Below the pieces are notes generated by a model. The model saw only the letters and a program-made list of their open reading frames with translations, did not search any database and was not told the DNA's origin. From Gemmatimonadota bacterium (GTDB lineage: Bacteria > Gemmatimonadota > Gemmatimonadetes > Gemmatimonadales > GWC2-71-9), in the NCBI GenBank assembly GCA_039588295.1, contig JBDHAB010000019.1, positions 1 through 64,000 on the forward strand: a stretch of 64,000 bases of DNA, in the 5' to 3' direction. Of the stretch, positions 12,136 through 21,028 are shown piece after piece. Both the position numbers and the translations under genes were made by a program. Position 1 is the first letter of the stretch. Every line of letters begins with the position of its first letter.

Positions 12136-13011
12136 GTGGGCGTCTTACATCAGGCCGGCAAAACCAGGCTGAGCATTCCGCAACTCCGCATCCCAGAGGA
12201 ACAGGAGGATCCGTTCCTTGCGGCAGTGCGTGAGGTAGCCGGTGGGGATTTCATGGTCTATGGCGAGATTGGGCGTGGCGCTGACGGCGGTGTCGCCTAC
12301 CTTGCCCGCGATCTGAGCCGAGAACTCCTGGTTGCCCTCAAGCTCTCGCCCCGCCCGGGGGTGGCGGACGATTTCGACCTGGAAGTGGTTCGGGAACTCC
12401 GAGACGATCTGCCGGCCAACTTGAAGTTCTGCGGAAACTGTGGCGCAGAACTCTATCACTGGGGGCGGTTCTGCCCCCAATGCGGCCATGAGATCTTCTC
12501 GGACGCGGGCCCGTGGTCGCCCGAGCAGCTCAGAAGCGCCGTGAGAGACTTCACGGGCGGGAAATCCGAGATCCTGGGTGAGATGCGTACCCAGGGCGGT
12601 AGGGTCTACTTCGTGCAGAACCAGAGTTCCGGCAAGATCGAGGCGCTGCGGTTGGAGCAAAAGGGAAAGGATGAGTTCGCCCTTGGCTTCACTGCCGTTC
12701 TCAAGCCCATCGTGCAGTCACCGGCAGCGCCGCCACCGGTGCAAGAGCGACCGGTTCCTCCCGCTGCAGCTCCGCGTCCCGCGCCCCCCCGCCCGCAGCC
12801 GCCACCTCCGGTGCAAGCCCCGGTCCGTCCGCCGTCGCCGCCTCCAGCACCGGTGGAGCCGCGTCCGCCGCTGCGAACCCCGCCGCCCCCTCCCAAGGAG
12901 GATTCCTGGCTACAGCTGGCGCGGGATCTCGTCGATCAGCCGGTGGTCGTGGCGGGTCTAGTGGCGAGCGTGATCCTCATCCTGCTGATCGTGCTCGTGC
13001 TGGTGGCGTAG
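12136..13011 (+). CDS. Membrane-anchored protein: two kinase N-lobe-like fragments flanking a zinc ribbon, Pro-rich linker, C-terminal TM
   Basis: GTG 12136 after GGAGG; GEIGRGADGGVAYLARDLSRELLVALKL; CGNC/CPQC; second copy EILGEMRTQGGRVYFVQ; hydrophobic tail. No HRD or DFG. Confidence 0.7.
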   Translation: MGVLHQAGKTRLSIPQLRIPEEQEDPFLAAVREVAGGDFMVYGEIGRGADGGVAYLARDLSRELLVALKLSPRPGVADDFDLEVVRELRDDLPANLKFCGNCGAELYHWGRFCPQCGHEIFSDAGPWSPEQLRSAVRDFTGGKSEILGEMRTQGGRVYFVQNQSSGKIEALRLEQKGKDEFALGFTAVLKPIVQSPAAPPPVQERPVPPAAAPRPAPPRPQPPPPVQAPVRPPSPPPAPVEPRPPLRTPPPPPKEDSWLQLARDLVDQPVVVAGLVASVILILLIVLVLVA

Positions 13012-13085
13012 AACCCGGCGAAACAGAGGTGCGTGTTCGACCGGAGGTGCGGCCGGCTCGCGAAAACGCAGACGGCTACGGGGGG

Positions 13086-13559
13086 TTACGGACAGTTCTC
13101 GGGCCGCCTCCGCCGCTCGACGAACTGGACCTGCTTGTCACTGCGCGACACGCGAACCACTTCGACCGGGTACACGGCGATATCGAACTGCTCGCACGCT
13201 TCGGTGACACTCACATAGGCGAGGAGCACGTCACTGCGCACTCCCACGCTGTCGACATGAATCTGGTCCCCTGACCGCATCTGGCCGGCCGCCACCACGA
13301 GGACCATCTCCTGGTCGAAGTCGACCGGGGGCCGGCCCGGCGGGTTGGGCTGTGCCGAGGTTACACGCTCCCAGATCGCCTGCCACGACAACTCGTCGGT
13401 TACCGCGAGATGCATCGTGTCCTGGACACCGCCCGCGTCATCTTTGTAGAGGAGCGCCATAGATGGAAGTGGCGGCAGAGGCTCGGGCATCCCCCCGCCC
13501 TGGCAGGCGATGACTGGGAGGGCAGCTGCCGCAAGGAGCATCATGGTTGAGGATCGCAT
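13086..13559 (-). CDS. Lipoprotein with PrcB C-terminal-like domain
   Basis: Lipobox VIAC; PPVDFDQEMVLVVAAGQMRSG and YPVEVVRVSRSDKQVQF resemble PrcB_C; co-oriented 69 bp downstream of tssM. Confidence 0.7.
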   Translation of the reverse strand: MRSSTMMLLAAAALPVIACQGGGMPEPLPPLPSMALLYKDDAGGVQDTMHLAVTDELSWQAIWERVTSAQPNPPGRPPVDFDQEMVLVVAAGQMRSGDQIHVDSVGVRSDVLLAYVSVTEACEQFDIAVYPVEVVRVSRSDKQVQFVERRRRPENCP

Positions 13560-13628
13560 GTCACACCTGTGGCTTCTCTGGTTTCGATTTGCGGACGCCG
13601 GCATGGCTGCGTGGCAACGGGGCGTCCC

Positions 13629-16600
13629 TCACCGCACGATCTGGGAAACGCATGTCAAACCGGACATATAACCTGGGTTGAGAATCGGGTCTCCAACCGG
13701 CGTGATCTGTCCTTCCACGACGTAGCGACTTCCCGTCTGGGGCTCGAGGCTCCAAATCACCCGATAGCGCTGGCCCAGTTGCTCCCATTGCGCTTCCTGG
13801 AACAGGCGGAAGAGCGCCCACGGGCCGCTGAAGCGAAGGAGGTCCACGTTTTGGCCGCCCACCGTGACCCTCAGCAAGACGTCTCGCGCGCGCTCGCCGA
13901 CCCACTGAAAGTTTACACTCGTCCGGACGGTTTGTGTGAACGTCGCCGGGCGCCCATCCAGGGCAACAGTGACCGCGGACGCTCCGGCTGGCGGCGACAG
14001 TTGCAGGGCGAAGCCAAGCCGAGGCCCGGCTCCTTGATCGTCGAATAGCGTTTCGGACACGGCGGCGGCGCGCCGGAAGAATTGGACGAAGCGCGACTCG
14101 GGCTGCACGGCGGCACTGGGGTCTCGGCCCCAGCGTCCGGCTCGTCGTACCATCGCATTCCCGAGCTCATCGCTGTTGAGCCGCATCAACAGGCCGTCCT
14201 GTGGATGGAAGATGTCCGCAACTTCCGCTATCGTGGCCTCGTCGCGTCCGCTGGGGCTGAAAGGATACTTCGCGATGAGCCGACTGAAATCGCGACAAAA
14301 CGCACTCCCACTCGCATTGACCCGGTTCCGCGGCCCAGCTCTGATCGCTCCCTCGAGCATCCGCTCGACTCGCACGATTGGATTCTCGATGAGCCGTCGC
14401 ACGTCCCCGCTGACTTCTGCCGCCTCTTCGCTCCCGCTGAAGGTGCTCACGAGCTGGCTTGCGACCTCGCGTGCCCTGCGCGCTTGGCTGAGCGCCTCCT
14501 CGCGCGCAGCGGCATCCTCCCGATCCCGCGCCGCGCGCTCGAGCGCCCTACCCAGTTCGCCAAGTTGGCTGGTGTACTCGCGGTTCTGATCCACGATGAG
14601 TTGGTCGCCGATGGGCGGAGGCGTGACGGCGTGCACGGGCTGGAATCCCCGTGCGAAGGTCGAGTCCAAGGTGGTGTCGGTGTTGGCTGCCGCGTCAGCG
14701 AGCATCCGCAGCAGTGGTGATCGATTCCCACCCAGCGCAGCGATACTGCGAGCGGCACCGCTGACACCGCCGGAGACCCGCACTTGTGCGGACCGGAGAA
14801 ACGTGCGCCACTGCTGCGCGTATTCGCCTTCGTAGCGCGCTCGCAGCGTTCCGACCAGACTCGCCATGTTTTGTTGGCCGAGCGACTCGCATCCGATTGT
14901 CTCGAAGACCCAGCGTTCGCCGCCAGGTGACAAGTCGCCGCTATCGAACTCCGCGTGTATGGCCGTCCATCCGTCGGCAGTGAACGCCGCAGGTATCACG
15001 TGGGGATTCACCACCCACTCGTCATCGAACCGAATTGCTGAGCTGGCGGCCGCCCCGCGTGTGAGGAGCGACTGGTACACACTTTCCTCGTCGCTCAGGC
15101 CGGCCAACGCTCTGCACGCGGCGCCCGAGAGGTTCGGGTCGTGCGGGACGGCACAGAGATCGGTCGTGCAGAGCCCTCCACCGTAGAACAGAAGCTGGCT
15201 GCCGGCGCGCTCTCGATCGGCGTCCCCGAGCCGCCGAGTGTCTGGCCAGTATCCGAGTAACGCGGCAGCAGTGTCCTCGGTCAGGCGGTCGGGACGAGAG
15301 GTGGTGACCAGGTGGTTGGCCAACAGCCGATGCACACGGGCGAAGGTCGAGCGTTCGGGATTGGCCGTCACGGCGCGGAGCTCAGTGAGCAGCGAGTCGC
15401 GGATCCCCCCGAGCATGGCGTCCTGGAAAGCCCGCCAATAGACGCTTCGAGCGGGCCGTGCGAGGGACGTCCCCGTGTACAACCCCCACCGGAGCCGCAG
15501 CGGGGGACCTCCCCGCTGGTATCGTGTGAGCCGGTCGAGTTCGAGTCGCAGGTCCTCGAGTCCGGCGAGCGCCGTGGAAACCGACTCGGACGGTCCCAAC
15601 GCGTTGACCGCCCGTGCTGCTCGGCCTACCCGGGCTTCGAGCCGCCGGTTGGCGATGAAGGAGACTGTGAAGCCGAGGGTCAGCAACACCGCCACGGCTG
15701 CGAGCGTCGCGAACGCGACGCGTCGTAGCTGCTTGAGCCGGTACCCCGATTGCGTTACGCCGAGCGCAACTTTGTCGCGCAGGATGACCCGATGGAACAG
15801 GTCTGAGAGGAAGAGCCACTGCGGCACGCGCCTCGTTCCCGCGGCCGCAGGAGGTGCCTGTGGTGGTGGGGCTCGGTGCTCATCTGGGCGCAGCACCTGG
15901 GTAGCGCCAACCTGTCGCACGTCGGGGGTCACCGGCGCGGGGCGAACGGCTGCTTCCACCAGCACGGCGCGCACCCCTGCAAAGTAGAAGCCTCGCAGGA
16001 ACGGGCTCAGTTCCAGCTGCCGTGGCTTGCACAGCTCGACCAGGAACTGGGTCGCCAGCGGGGTGATCTTCCGCAATTCTCGAGGAAACTCGTAGGCCAG
16101 CGCTCGCTGTGCCACGTCGGTGTCGCGCGGCAACATGCGTAAGCGCTGCTGAGCAAGTGACTGGAGCAGCTCCTCGAACGCATCACTCACACGCCGGTAT
16201 TCCCGATCTGCGTACGAGCCCGCCGTGCTCGGGGGTGGGGTGCGCAACGTGGCACCGAGCACTTGGCGTGTCTCCTCATCCGCCAGGTTTCGCACGAATT
16301 CGGAGAAGCAGCGGAGGCGGTCGGCTTTGGTGAACACCACGTAGACCGGCAACCGGATGCCGAGCGACCGTGAGACCTCCATCAAGCGCTCGCGGAGTGC
16401 GCGGGCGGAAGCGGCGACGACCTCGGCGGCGTCACTTCGTGCCAGGTCCTCGCAGCTGTAACACACCACGGCGACGCGCGGTGCTTGGGGCCGCCCCGCG
16501 AGCACGGCAGCCAGGCGGGGCGCTCGGATATGATGAATCAGCCGCGACCAGCGGGACGGCTCGCCGAGGAGCGTTCCCCCGGCCTCGACCATGATGGTCT

Positions 16601-17048
16601 GGCGGACGTACCAGACATTCGCCGCCGGCGTGGGTGCCACAGCGTCTCCCCGGAACACCTCGCCTGCGAGCAGATCCGGCTCGAGCCCCGAACGAAGCAG
16701 CGTCGTCGTCTTCGCGCTGCCCTCCGGCCCCACGAGAAGGATCACAGGGAAGGCGCGGAGTTTCTTGGTGCCCTCCAGGCGCGCAGCGGCCAGGCGCTTC
16801 CGGGCATGCGAAAACGACGTGTCGATCTCGTCCCGCACCGGGCGCCCCCGGCGCCTCCTCTTGAGCAGGAACCAGACGATCAGCACCACAGCGATCCCGC
16901 CGAGCAACCACAGTCCTCCGCGCAGGATCCACAGGTCAGCGCCGCGCAGCCGCAGGAGGCTGCCCAGGAACCAGGCCACGATGGCGAACCCGCCGAACGC
17001 GGCGGTCCCGGTCAGCATGATCCTCGGTGTGCGGCGGATCATTCTCAC
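13629..17048 (-). CDS. tssM: T6SS membrane complex protein TssM/IcmF
   Basis: N-terminal TMs, Walker A-like GPEGSAKTT, LPVYVVFTKADRL, FLRGFYFAG, WGLYTG, C-terminal FSGPWALFRLF; 1139 aa. Confidence 0.95.
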   Translation of the reverse strand: MRMIRRTPRIMLTGTAAFGGFAIVAWFLGSLLRLRGADLWILRGGLWLLGGIAVVLIVWFLLKRRRRGRPVRDEIDTSFSHARKRLAAARLEGTKKLRAFPVILLVGPEGSAKTTTLLRSGLEPDLLAGEVFRGDAVAPTPAANVWYVRQTIMVEAGGTLLGEPSRWSRLIHHIRAPRLAAVLAGRPQAPRVAVVCYSCEDLARSDAAEVVAASARALRERLMEVSRSLGIRLPVYVVFTKADRLRCFSEFVRNLADEETRQVLGATLRTPPPSTAGSYADREYRRVSDAFEELLQSLAQQRLRMLPRDTDVAQRALAYEFPRELRKITPLATQFLVELCKPRQLELSPFLRGFYFAGVRAVLVEAAVRPAPVTPDVRQVGATQVLRPDEHRAPPPQAPPAAAGTRRVPQWLFLSDLFHRVILRDKVALGVTQSGYRLKQLRRVAFATLAAVAVLLTLGFTVSFIANRRLEARVGRAARAVNALGPSESVSTALAGLEDLRLELDRLTRYQRGGPPLRLRWGLYTGTSLARPARSVYWRAFQDAMLGGIRDSLLTELRAVTANPERSTFARVHRLLANHLVTTSRPDRLTEDTAAALLGYWPDTRRLGDADRERAGSQLLFYGGGLCTTDLCAVPHDPNLSGAACRALAGLSDEESVYQSLLTRGAAASSAIRFDDEWVVNPHVIPAAFTADGWTAIHAEFDSGDLSPGGERWVFETIGCESLGQQNMASLVGTLRARYEGEYAQQWRTFLRSAQVRVSGGVSGAARSIAALGGNRSPLLRMLADAAANTDTTLDSTFARGFQPVHAVTPPPIGDQLIVDQNREYTSQLGELGRALERAARDREDAAAREEALSQARRAREVASQLVSTFSGSEEAAEVSGDVRRLIENPIVRVERMLEGAIRAGPRNRVNASGSAFCRDFSRLIAKYPFSPSGRDEATIAEVADIFHPQDGLLMRLNSDELGNAMVRRAGRWGRDPSAAVQPESRFVQFFRRAAAVSETLFDDQGAGPRLGFALQLSPPAGASAVTVALDGRPATFTQTVRTSVNFQWVGERARDVLLRVTVGGQNVDLLRFSGPWALFRLFQEAQWEQLGQRYRVIWSLEPQTGSRYVVEGQITPVGDPILNPGYMSGLTCVSQIVR

Positions 17049-17058
17049 TCACCCTCGC

Positions 17059-17745
17059 TCAGCGCACGAGATTGTTGAGGCTCCCAATCGCTGAGCCCAA
17101 CGTCAGCTTGAAGATGACGAACAGCAAGACGGCAAGGCCGAAGAGGCCTGCTGCTAAGTACTGAAGGCGCGGGAGCCACAGGTCTTTCGACGCCACAGCT
17201 TGCTCCGCACGCGGAAGGCCTTCATTCGGTGAGAGATGAGCCGGCGCCCTGCGAACGCGTTGGATCTTGTCGGCCACGGCTGACAGGAGGGCATGGATCT
17301 CGCCGCCTCCGCCGGCGCTGTACCGTCCGCGGAATCCGAGCAACAGACAGAGCTGGTAGACCTCGAGCACGTCTGCTACATCCTCGGAATCCTGCTGAGC
17401 GAGGAGCTCTCGAAGGTTCTCGAAGAACGTCCGCCCACCCATGTGGTCGCCGAAGATTTCCTCTTGCAGCGGCATGCGGGGCCAGTCCGCAAACGCTGGC
17501 TGAGCGGAGTTCAGGACGGACTCGTCCAAGAAGGCGATGAACGCATAGATCGCGAGTCGCACGTCGTTCCCGGCATACCCGAGCTGTCGGCCCTCGCGAT
17601 CCGCCATCCCCAGCAGCTGCTTGATTCGCGCACGAAACGCGGTGGCGTCCGTCGTGACGTCACGACCGGAGCGCAGCCGTGCCGCGGCCGTGAACACTTC
17701 CTGCAACCGCAGCGCGAGCTGTCCTCGTCGGCCTTCCACGGTCAT
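17059..17745 (-). CDS. tssL: T6SS protein TssL/DotU (no OmpA extension)
   Basis: AFLDESVL, PLQEEIFGDHMGG, DVLEVYQLCLLLGFRGRY, C-terminal TM. Confidence 0.95.
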   Translation of the reverse strand: MTVEGRRGQLALRLQEVFTAAARLRSGRDVTTDATAFRARIKQLLGMADREGRQLGYAGNDVRLAIYAFIAFLDESVLNSAQPAFADWPRMPLQEEIFGDHMGGRTFFENLRELLAQQDSEDVADVLEVYQLCLLLGFRGRYSAGGGGEIHALLSAVADKIQRVRRAPAHLSPNEGLPRAEQAVASKDLWLPRLQYLAAGLFGLAVLLFVIFKLTLGSAIGSLNNLVR

Positions 17746-17835
17746 GTTCGCCCGTTCAGGAATTTCTCGCGTGCGCTCCTCGGCCGCGGCACACGGGCGA
17801 GGCCTTCTCCGGGGGGCGGGACGCCGTCCGCAGGC

Positions 17836-19191
17836 CTAGGACAAGACCACATCAATGTGGATCTCCTCCACGCGAACCGTGTCGGGAACGTAGACCCCGA
17901 CATCTCGGCCTTGCGTGATCGCCTGCCAGCAGGGGCCGTCCTGCTTGATGGCGAAGTACTGCCATCCGATCCTCGGGGCCACGGCCGCCGGTGGCGCCGG
18001 CAGGTGCTCGAGCTCCAGGGCCGGCAGTCCCTCCTTCACGAGCCGCACAATGTGGGCCCCCGAACACACCTTCACGAGCCGCGGAACCCCAGAGATGATC
18101 TGTGCGGCCTTCCCTTGTGCCGATACGCCGAGCACCCAACGCGATGGTCCGAGACAACGTGCATCCGCGACCTTGCCGGCGAAGAGAAACTCCCTCGTGC
18201 GCTCCAGGGAGATCTTGAGGCAATTCGTCGCGATGACGATGTCGAGGCTTGCGGTGATCTGTCGATCGAGCTCGGCGAAACACTGGCCAAGATTATCGTG
18301 GTCGTACAGCGGTAACTCTCGCGGATGGCCCTCGAGCGAAAACGTGTAGAGCGCGCCCGCGAGCCTGGCGAGATCCGCATACACCTGCTCGGGGCTGGAG
18401 CGGCCGGAGGCGAGATGGTGTCGCAAGGGCCCCAGGGCGGAATGGATGGTGTGAGCCAGCCAGAAACGCGCGACCTCGTGAGCGGCGAAATCCGCAAGCG
18501 GCTGCTGCTCCTCCCGGCGCTGGTGTGCCAGCGCCTCGCTCTTCGCGTCGAGCATGTCGACGACCCGTCCGAGCACCTCCAAGAGTCGTCGGCTTGCCCC
18601 CACTTGGAGGCAGGGGGAAATGAACTCCGGTTCGTACTCGAAGTGGCCGGTGCCATCGCGCCGAATCCGCGCGATCGGAAGTGAGACGGCATCGTCGGGA
18701 ATCTCGGAGCCAACGAGCAGGCGGAAGTTCTTGCGACCGAACTGGACCGGATTCTCCTCCCCGCTACCCAGCTCGTCGCTAACGGGTTGCGTCTCGGCAA
18801 CGTACCGGGCCTGGCCGTCAGTCACCGCCGCATCGAGCTCACAGTTCCGGCCGCCGGGGCGGTATGGTGGGATGACGAGCGCCACCGGCAGGCTGTGATC
18901 AGTGGGCGAGAAGAGTTCGCGGATGTCGCGGGAAGCGGGGAGCGGGTCACAATCGGGGAAGTGGAACGTGAGCCCGTCGGGCATGACCCCCCGGGCATGT
19001 ACCAGCGCGACCGTCCCGTTGCGCACGGCATCGGCATCGAGTTCGCAGCCAACGAAGCCATAGGGTCTGAAGAACAAGTGTTGGACCGCGAACGCCATCG
19101 AGTCCTCGAAGTAGCGACTCAGCGTTTGGAAGTGGTGCTGAGCGAGGTGCATCCCCTCGCTCCACACCAGGCGCGAGAGCAGCTTCGTCAT
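17836..19191 (-). CDS. tssK: T6SS baseplate subunit TssK (copy 1)
   Basis: VWSEGMHLAQHHFQ, GVMPDG, YDHDNLGQCF, LPALELEHLPAPPAAV. Confidence 0.93.
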   Translation of the reverse strand: MTKLLSRLVWSEGMHLAQHHFQTLSRYFEDSMAFAVQHLFFRPYGFVGCELDADAVRNGTVALVHARGVMPDGLTFHFPDCDPLPASRDIRELFSPTDHSLPVALVIPPYRPGGRNCELDAAVTDGQARYVAETQPVSDELGSGEENPVQFGRKNFRLLVGSEIPDDAVSLPIARIRRDGTGHFEYEPEFISPCLQVGASRRLLEVLGRVVDMLDAKSEALAHQRREEQQPLADFAAHEVARFWLAHTIHSALGPLRHHLASGRSSPEQVYADLARLAGALYTFSLEGHPRELPLYDHDNLGQCFAELDRQITASLDIVIATNCLKISLERTREFLFAGKVADARCLGPSRWVLGVSAQGKAAQIISGVPRLVKVCSGAHIVRLVKEGLPALELEHLPAPPAAVAPRIGWQYFAIKQDGPCWQAITQGRDVGVYVPDTVRVEEIHIDVVLS

Positions 19192-19331
19192 CGGCGCTGA
19201 CCTGAAGCTATCAATGCCATTCGATGTCTACGTCCTGGCTCGATCGTCTGAGGGCTGCGCACCAGCGTCGTCCCGTGGCTCATTGTGGGCTGCCTGACAG
19301 TAACCAGCCACCGTGCGTGCGGTCGAACGGA

Positions 19332-19352
19332 CCGTATCATATTATGTTACGG
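19332..19352. promoter_or_regulatory. AT-rich near-perfect palindrome in a divergent intergenic region; candidate operator
   Basis: CCGTATCATA-T-TATGTTACGG, 9/10 arm match, containing a -10-like TATTAT. Confidence 0.4.
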
Positions 19353-19454
19353 CTAGGCGCAGCCAGCAACCTGCCTGTGCGAAAGGAGGGTGAGCGCGAT
19401 GGCCAGGCACGCGGTTCCCGCCGACTCTACACTCGGTCCAGCACCGTGCAATCC

Positions 19455-21005
19455 GTGACGGGTCGCGAGTTTCACTCGAAGTATCAACTCGTCGAGGTGG
19501 TATCGGCGGGGCCCGTGAAGACGTACCGTGCGCGCGACGAGGCGGGTCGTGACGTGATGGCACATTTTCTCGGGCCGGCGGAGTCCGCTGGGCTCACTCG
19601 CCTGGCGCAAACAAGGCGGCTCCCCCCCTCTGTGCAGTCAATAGTACTCGAGTCGCTAACCGTCGATGGTCAGGTCGTGCTCGTCACGGAGGTCCTTCCG
19701 GAGTTCACCGAGTTCGACCGATGGCTTGGGCAGACCGTGGGACAGCACCCTCCAGCCTCGTTCGGACCGGACGACGCGACGCTCGTGAGCGACCAGCCCG
19801 GTGAGTTCACCAAGCTGTTTCAACCCCCGACGGCTGGTGGGAAGCCGGAGAGTGATGCGAGCGCTCCCACTGAGCCGGAGCCGACACCCGGAGTCGGTCC
19901 GGACGGCGCCCGCACGCCGGACGCTCCGGCCGCCAGTGGAGCCGGCGAGTTCACAAACCTGTTCGGTCCGATGCGCGCCCCATCCGAGGAAGCGGCCCAA
20001 GCCCCTGAGGCTGACGACGCCACTCGCAAACAGGCCGGACCTCGGCCCCCGGGGGAGAAGCTCGGCCAGTTTCAGCGGATCTCGCGCGTCGAGAAAGGCA
20101 GTACACCGCCGTCCCCGCGACGCCCCGACCAAGAGGCGCGAGGTGAGGGGGGCGGGGGACCGCCCCCGCGACGCCCCGACCAAGAGGCGCGAGGTGAGGG
20201 GGGCGGGGGACCGCGAATCGTCTGGAAGGAGTCGAAACCCGAGGAGGTTGAGCCGCCGCGGAAACCGCGCGTGCGCTGGAAGCCACCGGGTGGGGCCGAG
20301 GGAGTGGACGAGGCAGATCGACCACCGCCTCCGCCGCCACCGGCGCAGCGGCGGGAGGAGGCACCGAGTCCGCCTACTCCGCCGGTTGCTCCGCCGCAGC
20401 AGGGTCGGGGCGAGTTCACCGAGCTGTTCGGCCCGCCGGCGGGTGCCGGTGAGGCCAGTGTCGATTCTCAGCCCCCTCAGCCGCCGCCCGCACCGGCGCG
20501 CCCCTCGAACGGCTACCTGGAGGCGCTGGGCCGTCTCGACACTCCTTCTGTTCCGGAGCCGGAAGGCGTAGCACCGCCCGGCCCGATCGACGAGCCGCTC
20601 CCACTCGGCGAACCGGCGAAGCCTGCTCCTCCGTTCGGTGCCAGTGGGCGGGGCACCTCGTTCACCGAGATCGTGTCTGGCAGGCCCCAGGGTGGCCTGG
20701 CGGGTCAGACGCCCGGATCCGAGCCGCCGCGGGGTGCGGTGCCGCCGCCCAGTGCGCCGCCGCCCAGTGCGGTGCCGCCGCCCGGTGCCCCTCCGCCCAG
20801 TGCTGTGCCGCCGCCCCCCCATGCTGCCCCAGTCCCGGGCGCGTTCCCGGCGCCGCCCGGCGCGGCACCGGCACCAGCGCCGGCGCCGCTCGGCGCGGCA
20901 CAAGAGCCCGGCCCGTCTCAGGGGCCACCCTGGGCACTCGTGATTTCGTTGGCGGTGATCGGCCTGCTGGCCGTGGTGTTGATTCTGGTCTTCGCGCTGA
21001 AATAG
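19455..21005 (+). CDS. Pro-rich T6SS-associated membrane protein with degenerate kinase-like N-terminus and repeated GEFTxLF motifs
   Basis: KYQLVEVVSAGPVKTYRARDEAGRDVMAH; GEFTKLF, GEFTNLF, GEFTELF, TSFTEIV; C-terminal TM. Start codon uncertain (GTG 19455 chosen). Confidence 0.75.
   Translation: MTGREFHSKYQLVEVVSAGPVKTYRARDEAGRDVMAHFLGPAESAGLTRLAQTRRLPPSVQSIVLESLTVDGQVVLVTEVLPEFTEFDRWLGQTVGQHPPASFGPDDATLVSDQPGEFTKLFQPPTAGGKPESDASAPTEPEPTPGVGPDGARTPDAPAASGAGEFTNLFGPMRAPSEEAAQAPEADDATRKQAGPRPPGEKLGQFQRISRVEKGSTPPSPRRPDQEARGEGGGGPPPRRPDQEARGEGGGGPRIVWKESKPEEVEPPRKPRVRWKPPGGAEGVDEADRPPPPPPPAQRREEAPSPPTPPVAPPQQGRGEFTELFGPPAGAGEASVDSQPPQPPPAPARPSNGYLEALGRLDTPSVPEPEGVAPPGPIDEPLPLGEPAKPAPPFGASGRGTSFTEIVSGRPQGGLAGQTPGSEPPRGAVPPPSAPPPSAVPPPGAPPPSAVPPPPHAAPVPGAFPAPPGAAPAPAPAPLGAAQEPGPSQGPPWALVISLAVIGLLAVVLILVFALK
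20113..20214 (+). repeat. Perfect 51-bp tandem duplication, in frame (17 aa unit containing PRRPDQEARGEGGGGP)
   Basis: 20113-20163 is identical to 20164-20214. Confidence 0.95.
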
Positions 21006-21028
21006 GCTGGCGCGAAGAGCGGCCGCGC

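Noticed and set aside
19325..19352. dif-like site (TTATGTTA resembles the XerD arm)
   Set aside because: No XerC arm at the correct spacing; better explained as a simple palindrome.
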